The position numbers and the translations under genes were made by a program. 49,828 nt of DNA from Vibrio phage Vc1, in sequence record MT360682.2; one strand, written 5' to 3'. The notes beneath the pieces are model-generated. The model was given only the letters and a program-made list of their open reading frames with translations, ran no database searches and was not told the origin of the DNA. Shown here piece after piece: positions 31,351 through 39,493 of this stretch. Position 1 is the first letter of the stretch, and every line of letters starts with the position of its first letter.

Positions 31351-32475
31351 ATGGCCTTTACATCAAAGATCACAGACGAACAATTTATTGCAGAGCGAGA
31401 GGCTGGGAAAACATATAAGCAGATCGCGGAGGAGTACAACATGAACGTTAGAAGCGTTGAGCGCCGCGCCGCAAAGCTGGCTGGCTACGGCGAGACAACT
31501 ATCGATGGCGCACCGGGTTGTGCGGTTATCGGTGAATCAAGACAAACTGGTGCAAACGGCAAAGAAGGCACACACTGGATTAAGACGCACAAAGACAAAG
31601 ATCAGCTTGAGGCGATCCTGAATGCGGCTATGGTTGCATTTTCCGAAGAAGTTCCACGCTTGCCAGCTCAGCCGGAAACCAACACTGATTATTCTGAAAC
31701 GCTTGCGCTATATCCGATCTTTGATATGCACATTGGGGCGATGTCTCACAAGCACGAAAGCGGTGAGAACTACGATACAGCAACGGCGGAACAAACAATG
31801 AACAAGTTTTTCGATTATGCCGTTGATAAAGCGCCGAAGAGCGAGAAAGCCGTATTGCTGATTGGTGGTGATATGCTTCACAGTGACGGCCCGGAGGCTG
31901 TAACGCCTGCAAGCGGTCACGTTCTGGATCAAGATTCACGCTATGCAAAACTTGTTTATGTGGCAATCCGCGCAACGCGCCGCGCGATTATTAATATGCT
32001 CACCAAACACAAAAAAGTTGAGATCCAGATTATCGAAGGAAACCACGACCAAAGCGGCATGATCTGGTTACGCGCTGCAATGGCGGCGGCGTATGAGGAT
32101 GAGCCACGCGTAAACGTAGACGTTTCACCGCGTGTAGTGCATCACACGCAATACGGAAAAACGTTCCTTGCTTATCATCACGGTCACACTGTTACGAAGC
32201 CTGAAACACTGCTAATGATGTGTGCGGCAGATTGGCGCGAGGATTTCGGGAAGTCGTCTTCCATGTATGCTCACGTAGGACACTGGCATCATCAGACCGT
32301 AACAGAAACAAGTCTTGGGATTGTTGAAGTTCATAGCACTATGGCGGCTAAGGATGCGTATGCGGCTCGCGGTGGTTGGCGCTCACGGCGTCGAGCGATG
32401 GTTATTGTGTATGATAAGGAGTTTGGCGAAGTTGGGCGGTTCATGTTCTACCCTGAAATGAATGATTTATTATAA
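31351..32475 (+). CDS. Calcineurin-like metallophosphoesterase with N-terminal HTH-like region
   Basis: FDMHIG, GGDMLH, EGNHDQ, HHGH, GHWHH motifs; N-terminal YKQIAEEYNMNVRSVERR. Confidence 0.8.
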   Translation: MAFTSKITDEQFIAEREAGKTYKQIAEEYNMNVRSVERRAAKLAGYGETTIDGAPGCAVIGESRQTGANGKEGTHWIKTHKDKDQLEAILNAAMVAFSEEVPRLPAQPETNTDYSETLALYPIFDMHIGAMSHKHESGENYDTATAEQTMNKFFDYAVDKAPKSEKAVLLIGGDMLHSDGPEAVTPASGHVLDQDSRYAKLVYVAIRATRRAIINMLTKHKKVEIQIIEGNHDQSGMIWLRAAMAAAYEDEPRVNVDVSPRVVHHTQYGKTFLAYHHGHTVTKPETLLMMCAADWREDFGKSSSMYAHVGHWHHQTVTETSLGIVEVHSTMAAKDAYAARGGWRSRRRAMVIVYDKEFGEVGRFMFYPEMNDLL

Positions 32476-32570
32476 ATACAAAAAAAGGCTGGCAAAAAGC
32501 AAGCCTTTTTTTGTTTCTGCGTTTATTATAATCATGTCCTTGACAATTATTTACTTTCAGGATCTGATTA

Positions 32571-33263
32571 TGCGGGAATTTCAAAGATTTCAACGAAACG
32601 AACTGGAGACACTAAAAAGACATTCCGAGAACTGGTATAGAAACGAACATCGAAAACCCCGGCTTAGAGATCCGCTTTGTGGCGTTCATTGCGCACCGGG
32701 ATTCAAAGAGGCTTACGCCGGAAACCTGGCATCGCGTAACGCTCGCTTCATGTGTTGGATGCAAGACCGAAAGGATGATTATGTTGCTATGCGCCGATAC
32801 AACGTACAGAAAAATTATTGCACTGGCGGATATTCAATTCTGGATCAAGACGACTTTACAGACTTCATTGTTAGTGTCTGAAGCGGTAAAACGTATTGAT
32901 GCGCTTCGTATGGTTAATTTCGTTTATAAAGACGACGAGAAGAACCGCGAGCGATTCGGAATTATCGCGGAAAAACATAGGCAAGTGGGCGCTGATACTG
33001 TTGATCGTCTTGTTAAGGTTGAAATTCCTGACTCAATGCGAGCGGCTATATACCCACAGACATACCACACTGGCAGTGGCGCATTTCGTGGGTCTACCAT
33101 TCTCAAGGAAGTCAACAAAGGCAAACCTGAACAATCTTGCAACCCTTTATGGAATTGGGTTTATTACACCGATCCGAAAACTGATAAGAAAAAGAAATCA
33201 AAGGGGCTGCAAAACGCACGAGCAGTTGATTGCAAGTATCGCGTGAGGGATCTTAAAAGATGA
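32571..33263 (+). pseudogene. Hypothetical gene split by a probable single-base indel near 32860-32885
   Basis: Frame 1 ends ...DDFTDFIVSV*; overlapping frame continues ...SEAVKRIDALRMVNFVYKDDEKN... Confidence 0.45.
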
Positions 33264-33682
33264 AAAAAGATTTCTTGTATCCGGTCGTTGTTGCTGTATT
33301 TGCGGTTTTTATTGTGCGATCGATCGCGTGTTCACCGTCAAGCGCACTTACTGGCCTGATTGGTAGCAAGCCAGAAGTGACGGCGCAAGTTGGTGCTGAG
33401 AATGTGAAACAAACTGTTGGCGTTACTGCAAAACAGGACGCTTCAAGCAAGCAGGAAACCACATTCAAAGAATCGGCAGTTGGTAAGGTTGACACTTCGA
33501 ACAAGAAGCAGGTTAGCACTTCCAGCATTAAGGCCGATAACATCACGGCAGACAGGATCGAGATCCGCAATAGTGATTCTGACATCTGGCAGATGGCGCT
33601 GGCTTTTTTTATCGCTGGCATCATTGCCGGATCTGGATTTACGGCGATTTACGCATCACGCAGAAACAACAAAGCCCCTTAA
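33260..33682 (+). CDS. Membrane-anchored hypothetical protein
   Basis: N-terminal hydrophobic signal/anchor and C-terminal ALAFFIAGIIAGSGFTAIYA. Confidence 0.55.
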   Translation: MKKDFLYPVVVAVFAVFIVRSIACSPSSALTGLIGSKPEVTAQVGAENVKQTVGVTAKQDASSKQETTFKESAVGKVDTSNKKQVSTSSIKADNITADRIEIRNSDSDIWQMALAFFIAGIIAGSGFTAIYASRRNNKAP

Positions 33683-33704
33683 TCGGGGCTTTTTTTTATC
33701 CAAA
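33683..33704 (+). terminator. Terminator-like CCCC-TTAATC-GGGGCTTTTTTTT
   Basis: Direct reading. Confidence 0.6.
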
Positions 33705-33953
33705 TACTTTTAACTCAAAATCTTCTTCCGCCCGGTTTGCTACGCTTTTGAACATTTGCTCAAGGCTTTCGAAACTCATTTTCTTTGCTATTTCATCGGC
33801 GCTAAAACCTTCATCCTCAAGGTTGCGAGCTTGGCAATAATGCATTTCAAGATTATCTAAATATTTGTTACCAGTCGGAATTGCCTCATCAATTTTGTCC
33901 CACACGATCCAGAAGTTTGTTTTATCCGCCGCCGCTAATACGATGCTGTTTTT
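33696..33953 (-). CDS. Hypothetical protein MKNSIVLAAADKTN...
   Basis: ORF preceded by RBS and a complete dispersed module. Confidence 0.5.
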   Translation of the reverse strand, partial: KNSIVLAAADKTNFWIVWDKIDEAIPTGNKYLDNLEMHYCQARNLEDEGFSADEIAKKMSFESLEQMFKSVANRAEEDFELKVFG

Positions 33954-33973
33954 CATTTTGTTTTCCTCGATTC

Positions 33974-34032
33974 GTTTCGTTGAGTGCATAATAACAAACC
34001 CGCCGAAGCGGGTTTTAACAAAGAGTGCTATT
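33974..34032 (-). promoter_or_regulatory. Module copy: TAGCACTCTTTGTTA, hairpin, TATTAT, CAACGAAAC
   Basis: Box 34030, -10-like starts 33993 (offset 37). Confidence 0.85.
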
Positions 34033-34219
34033 TTCGCCTTAACTCAATCAACCAATTTAAAACAATCCTTCGCGTGTCTTTCCAATCCTCATCACTGAAA
34101 TCATCGTATACAGGTTCAAGGTTTTTATAGTCTGGTGGTTCGTACCGCTCAGGATCAGGAAGATTTTTTAAAACTTTCTTCCTCTTTGCGCTTCCGCTTT
34201 TATCTCTACCTTTACCCAT
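34028..34219 (-). CDS. Hypothetical basic small protein
   Basis: 63-aa ORF; stop codon is the TAG of a dispersed box. Confidence 0.45.
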   Translation of the reverse strand: MGKGRDKSGSAKRKKVLKNLPDPERYEPPDYKNLEPVYDDFSDEDWKDTRRIVLNWLIELRRK

Positions 34220-34348
34220 AAGGCCACCTATTAGAATTTTCTTACGTGGATTAATAACTCTCAGTTTCAGGCTGTTAATTGGTGTTCATCATCACCAAAT
34301 GCCCTCATGTCACTGTAAAGCAGAATCAAAAGCGCGTACATAAATTCA

Positions 34349-34735
34349 TCATGCGAAAAATTGGTTGCTGAACTTTCTTTCAAAATAAGATCGATCAAAT
34401 GCTGGCTTTTCGAATAATTCATTGTCTGACATTTCCCCTATGCTCATCTTTTCTTTCACGTATTCGTTTTTGTCGCCTTCAAGACTGTATAGCTCGAAAT
34501 TAAATGGCCTACCGCAGTTGCGCCAGTATTTTCCTTTTACGCCGTCGATATATTTTGCGCTCATCATGCGAGCCAAAAACTCTTTACTAACACTTGATGC
34601 AAAATAGCGGGGCGAGAACCCCGCATTACTTGCAAGGCGAACACATTCACGATGTTTAAAAACATATTTTGCTAACTCCCGGCGGTTGAATGATTCGCGT
34701 GATTCACAAAACCGATACAGATCCAGAAGAAACAT
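34349..34735 (-). CDS. Hypothetical protein
   Basis: 128-aa ORF immediately after the DUF3987-like gene. Confidence 0.5.
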   Translation of the reverse strand: MFLLDLYRFCESRESFNRRELAKYVFKHRECVRLASNAGFSPRYFASSVSKEFLARMMSAKYIDGVKGKYWRNCGRPFNFELYSLEGDKNEYVKEKMSIGEMSDNELFEKPAFDRSYFERKFSNQFFA

Positions 34736-34736
34736 T

Positions 34737-36320
34737 TTAAGCCCCCATTAAGCAAGGATTGATGTAAAATGATTTTCCAACGTTGCAAACATAATGACGA
34801 TCTTCAAGCATTGGAATTAATTTTTCCTCAATCCGTTTCATCACTCCAGCCTGACCAACAAACGGCCTAACCTTTCTCGCACTTTCATAAATTGCTCGTG
34901 AGTTTGTGATCCCTTTATTCTGTTTTGCCATTTCAATGATAATTTCGATAAGCTTTGACATTTCCGCCTCATCGCCAGCATATCCAGATGCGTTTGCGGC
35001 GTTAATATATGTCTTGCTAAGTTCTCCGAAAATAACTAGTGCTTCCTGCATTGTCTCCATTTCAATTTCACGTGCCTTTTGTTGGTTGCCTTCCTCATTA
35101 AACCAGTTACGGATCACATGTAATACTGATGCGATACGGATCACTTGCTTATCCATTTTACCCAAAGCACCGCGCAACATTGTGTGAGAATATTTTCCGC
35201 CGTCTGCTAAATCTGGCTCTAATTCTTGTCGTGCTATATTCAACACTCGCATTGCGCCTCTTGACGGTTTCAATACAACGCTTTCTTCTGTCATGATGTT
35301 ATGAACCAACTGGAAATATTGCGCCTTTAATGTCTTATCAACTGGCGTATATTCAAGATCACCATCATCATTAACAAACTTACGCTTTCCGGGGAATGTT
35401 TGCTCACGCACCAGTACAAAACGTTCACTAACACCTATACCACGTGCACCAGCATCCATGATCCCACTTATCGTTTCATCCCGGGCGATTACGCTCATGC
35501 ATCCAAGCGCAACAAAACTCATATTGTTTTCAGAGTTTGCGCGAGCGATAGAAACGTGTCCGCTATCCCGTGCTTTTAGCACTAATTCGCTGTTGTTCTT
35601 GCGATCGCTGTTTGCATACGTCAACCCTAACAGGCTGTTGATACTTGTCGCCTCATCGGAAATAACAGCAAAGTTCCCCCGGCGGTTGTTAATCTTTGCC
35701 AAGCCTTCCGGCGTGGTATCAGATACCGGAAACACGATATCGCAAAGCTTTTCAAGCTTTTCCTCTAACTCATCGCGTTCTTCAGAAAGCGCGGTTAACT
35801 CAGTGCCTGAACGCTCGCCTTTCAATTCCTTCTTTACGCCTTCAAGTTGAGCCATTACCTTTTTGCGCTCTTTCTTGCGTTGCTCGTTGATGCGCTCAAC
35901 TTCACAGACCATAGGCGCAATAGCAAGGCTGTTAATTGCTGATTTACCTGTTGATGGCGGCTGACTGGTTACAACATAAAGCGCTGTTGGCTGTTCCGTT
36001 CCGTGATACTCAACAGAAAATCGTCCGCACATTGCAGCAGACACACAACCGATGAAATGCATGTATGCCGATGCCTCTGGAAACTGTACGGAATTTGCGA
36101 TACTTCTTGCCAGCTTACCGACAACATCAAAATCGTTACCCAGCGAAATGACAGGATATCGATCGTTAGCGCCGCCAATGTCTTTAACTGGTTCCCAAAA
36201 GCTGGACGACTGGCGGTATCCGTTTGCCTGTATAGCAACGCGAAGGTGAGATATATTTTGTGATTCAGCGGTAGCTAATAATTCTTGTGGTGTTAATTTG
36301 TTTGTGTCGAAATCGAACAT
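34737..36320 (-). CDS. DUF3987-like ATPase (replication-associated)
   Basis: SQPPSTGKSAIN Walker A, FAVISDEATS, ARGIGVSERFVLVRE. Confidence 0.75.
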   Translation of the reverse strand: MFDFDTNKLTPQELLATAESQNISHLRVAIQANGYRQSSSFWEPVKDIGGANDRYPVISLGNDFDVVGKLARSIANSVQFPEASAYMHFIGCVSAAMCGRFSVEYHGTEQPTALYVVTSQPPSTGKSAINSLAIAPMVCEVERINEQRKKERKKVMAQLEGVKKELKGERSGTELTALSEERDELEEKLEKLCDIVFPVSDTTPEGLAKINNRRGNFAVISDEATSINSLLGLTYANSDRKNNSELVLKARDSGHVSIARANSENNMSFVALGCMSVIARDETISGIMDAGARGIGVSERFVLVREQTFPGKRKFVNDDGDLEYTPVDKTLKAQYFQLVHNIMTEESVVLKPSRGAMRVLNIARQELEPDLADGGKYSHTMLRGALGKMDKQVIRIASVLHVIRNWFNEEGNQQKAREIEMETMQEALVIFGELSKTYINAANASGYAGDEAEMSKLIEIIIEMAKQNKGITNSRAIYESARKVRPFVGQAGVMKRIEEKLIPMLEDRHYVCNVGKSFYINPCLMGA

Positions 36321-36332
36321 CGTTGATTATCT

Positions 36333-36393
36333 CCTTTCTGATGCCGCTATTATAACGGCATCATGTTACCAACTTTTAGCAATTCGTGCTATT
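36333..36393 (-). promoter_or_regulatory. Module copy upstream of the DUF3987-like gene: TAGCACGAATTGCTA .. TATAAT
   Basis: Box 36391, -10-like starts 36354 (offset 37). Confidence 0.85.
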
Positions 36394-36637
36394 TGATCCG
36401 CTCGACGCGAGCCAACAAATGACCGTCAATTATGCTTTTCGCTTCAAGCGTCACGGCGTCAAACTCAAGCGATTTGTGGAACGATTGACCAATCAGCAGC
36501 GTGGCGTGCTTATCCTTCACCAAATAAACCACGTCGCCGGGCTTGGCTGTGCTGATGTCGCTAAACGTGCAACGGAATGCTTTTTGGAGCATGGTTTGCG
36601 GCCTATGCGCCTCATAATCTTTTTCTGGTAGAAGCAT
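36389..36637 (-). CDS. Hypothetical protein
   Basis: 82-aa ORF; stop is the TAG of a dispersed box. Confidence 0.45.
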   Translation of the reverse strand: MLLPEKDYEAHRPQTMLQKAFRCTFSDISTAKPGDVVYLVKDKHATLLIGQSFHKSLEFDAVTLEAKSIIDGHLLARVERIK

Positions 36638-37059
36638 GAATATTTCGCCTCGAACAGATACGCGCCACCAGCGGCAGAAAATCCAACTTCCTCGCGATAA
36701 AGCGTAAAGCGATCGCCGTGTTCATCGAAGAGATAACCAGCAACAGCGCCTAAGACACGTCCTTGTTCGATCTGGTATCGTTTGTCAGCCTTAAATGTTT
36801 TCTTGATCTGCAGGGAGTGATTCAGCCAAGCGCATTTGATCGTCTTCGTTTTCCGTTGGAGAGTGGATAAAATGAAATCGGTATACAGAGTGATCGCGAT
36901 TAGTCGCGCAACAGGAAAAATCGTCAGCTGCTACACTGGTGACCGCGCAAGCACGGCAACATCAACATATGAAGATCTGTTAAATCGCAAGATGTTCATG
37001 GAGGATTTCAAAGTGAAGTTACAACGCCTTGAACCTGTTGATGTAATGGAAAGCGAGTA

Positions 37060-37256
37060 ATGAGAAAGCAAGTCACTTGCCGTTGTAGCGCGTACGATTT
37101 TCCGCATCGTTTCGGCGGCGGTGCTTGCAACGGCTTATCAATAGTCGAAACCAATTGCGGCGGCAACTTGTGCCGTGCTTGCCACCTGATGAATAACGGT
37201 TGTGAAGTGCTGAAAGGCCGAGTCACCGAAAGAATGTGCATACGTTCAATGTCATT
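37060..37256 (+). CDS. Cys-rich, probable zinc-binding small protein, 3' end joined to inverted DNA
   Basis: TCRCSAYDFPHRFGGGACNG...NCGGNLCRACHLMNNGC; second copy at about 39227-39416 (-). Confidence 0.55.
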
Positions 37257-37267
37257 TTGTTTTCCAC

Positions 37268-37331
37268 AGTTCGTTTCGTTGAAATCATTATGCCCGTCGT
37301 CGTCGTCGTCGTCGTAACCGTCGGTGCTATT
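37268..37331 (-). promoter_or_regulatory. Module copy with (CGT)7 / (ACG)7 spacer: TAGCACCGACGGTTA .. CATAAT .. CAACGAAAC
   Basis: Box 37329, -10-like starts 37292 (offset 37). Confidence 0.75.
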
Positions 37332-38022
37332 TCTGATTTGCAGTGCAGACAGCCGGGGCGAAGCCGCGAGGCGTGAGAGATCGGATAAGCTTTGTACGCT
37401 TAGACTTGCCGCCTAGCTTTTGCCAACCCGGATTAGCGTTACCTGTTGGCAACACTGACTTAATATCAGGCATGACAAAACCGTTACCAGTCCAAAGACA
37501 GGTTTTCTTTGTGTATGCGTCACGCGCCGGAATGATATCTGGAAAATGAGGATGTTTATCATCTTCCGGCAGGTATCCACCAAACGCGCAAGGGTGAAAA
37601 ATGTAATCAGGTTTACGCCACATCGTCGATAGTACGCTGATCGGATTCTCGATCATATATGGAACGTTGAACCAGTCGCCCAACTCGCTGGCAATTCTTG
37701 CAGTTTCCATAGCCTTGATCTGAAATTCAGGATCACGATCACGCTTTGCCGCAAAGTGACGCGAGCCGCTAACAGCCGGGTCAGTGCATGGAGGGAAGGC
37801 GATAATAAAATCAGGATTGCCCCACTCAAGACTTATAGCCCTGACGGTAAACTTGCCATCAATCCAGACATTGACATACTCAATGTTGGGATGAGTTACG
37901 CGCACCTGGTTATAGTCGCCGTGATCCGCATCGTCATAGTTGAAACAGATCACTTTGTGACCACGTTCAGCCCACGGAAGCGCATCATAACCGGAGCCGC
38001 CAAAAAGAGAAAAAATTAACAT
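37327..38022 (-). CDS. C5-cytosine methyltransferase-like protein
   Basis: IFSLFGGSGYDALPWAERGH, AFPPCTDPA, MIENPIS motifs; start at internal Met preferred over ORF-track start 38082. Confidence 0.65.
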   Translation of the reverse strand: MLIFSLFGGSGYDALPWAERGHKVICFNYDDADHGDYNQVRVTHPNIEYVNVWIDGKFTVRAISLEWGNPDFIIAFPPCTDPAVSGSRHFAAKRDRDPEFQIKAMETARIASELGDWFNVPYMIENPISVLSTMWRKPDYIFHPCAFGGYLPEDDKHPHFPDIIPARDAYTKKTCLWTGNGFVMPDIKSVLPTGNANPGWQKLGGKSKRTKLIRSLTPRGFAPAVCTANQK

Positions 38023-38130
38023 GCGTAAATCCTTACTGTAACGCGTTTTAAGGCGATTTGTTTTATGGCTATGCGATTGCATAGCCTTGGTAAAGAAAAG
38101 GCCGCAGCGGTAGCCGCAGCCACGTAGTTT

Positions 38131-38208
38131 TCATTTGCAGAACGGGCAGCTTGATTTTGTTCCGCTACCGCCGTGTCTTGGACAGCAAATTTTCTCAGTC
38201 GGCGTCAT
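38131..38208 (-). CDS. 25-aa Cys/His microprotein
   Basis: MTPTEKICCPRHGGSGTKSSCPFCK* with upstream AAGGAG. Confidence 0.35.
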   Translation of the reverse strand: MTPTEKICCPRHGGSGTKSSCPFCK

Positions 38209-38665
38209 TTTAATCACTCCTTAGAACGGGAAACATCTTGGACAATTCGGGTCGAAGTCACAGCCGCAATCATTAACGATTGTTGTCGGATCTGCAAAAA
38301 TAGCGCCGCATTCTTGCAGGATTTCATTTTGTTTCAGGAGGTGAAATTATGACCTATTTCAGAAGTGTAAAACAGGGGATTATTTCCGCATTGACCATAC
38401 AGGCAGGCGAGTAGATGGGTTATCGAGTAGAGGCGATTGGGTGCGTACAGGGTTGCGACCTGCTGACATGTCAGGGTTCCCTTTCATCGCTGTCAAATCT
38501 AAAACCGAGAAATGCTAAGGAGTTGCAACTGTTTAAAGTTCTGATCGATGGTGTGACCGTTACTGTTACCGTTCGTGATGATCACTTTATTATCGGAGCG
38601 CTGGATAAGTTGCGCAAAGTTAAAAGCCTTCCGGCTGAAATCGTTGAGGCGATGCAGTCAGCAAG

Positions 38666-38896
38666 ATGACCATGGTACACGATCCGTTTTATGCTCGACT
38701 GTACCGGGCGGAGGAGGCGGGACTGAACAGCGAATATGCGCTAAAGGTTGCCTATCTTGAAAAGACGCTGGAGGAAGCGCTTGGAGATTGCAACTATGAG
38801 CAAGAATGCGGCGCTATTTTTGCAGATCCGACAACAATCGTTAATGATTGCGGCTGTGACTTCGACCCGAATTGTCCAAGAAGTTTCCCGTTCTGA
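38666..38896 (+). CDS. Hypothetical Cys-rich small protein
   Basis: ...CNYEQECGAIFADPTTIVNDCGCDFDPNCPR.FPF; 3' part duplicated in inverse orientation at about 38210-38318. Confidence 0.45.
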   Translation: MTMVHDPFYARLYRAEEAGLNSEYALKVAYLEKTLEEALGDCNYEQECGAIFADPTTIVNDCGCDFDPNCPRSFPF

Positions 38897-38952
38897 AATT
38901 ACGTGGCTGCGGCGCTCGCTGCGGCCTTTTACAACTTGGCTATGCAATCCAT

Positions 38953-39165
38953 TGCCTAATACCAAATCGCCTTAAAACGCGTTACAGTAAGGATTTAGCA
39001 TGTTTATTTTTTCTCTTTTTCTGGCTCCGGTTATGATGCTCTGCCGTGGGCTGAACGTGGTCACAAAGTGATCTGTTTCAACTATGACGATGCGGATCAT
39101 GGCGACTATAGCAAGGTGCGCGTAACTCATCCCAACATATGGTCAATGCGGAATAATCCCCTGTT
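38953..39165 (+). pseudogene. Truncated 5' fragment of the MTase-like gene, inverted relative to 37327-38082
   Basis: Near-identical to the RC of about 37908-38073 with small indels. Confidence 0.85.
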
Positions 39166-39493
39166 TTTAACATTCTTGAAAAATGTCAAAATTTCACCTC
39201 ATGAAACAAAATGAAATCCTGAACGTATGCACATTCTTTCGGAGACTCCCGGCCTTTCAGCACTTCACAACCGTTATTCATCAGGTGGCAAGCACGGCAC
39301 AAGTTGCCGCCGCAATTGGTTTCGACTATTATAAGGCCGTTGCAAGCACCGCCGCCGAAACGATGCGGAAAATCGTAAGCGCTACAACGGCAAGTGACTT
39401 CGATGAGCTTTCTCATTACTCGCTTTCCATTACATCAACAGGTTCAAGGCGTTGTAACTTGACTTTGAAATCCTGCGCGTCATCAGGCAGAAC

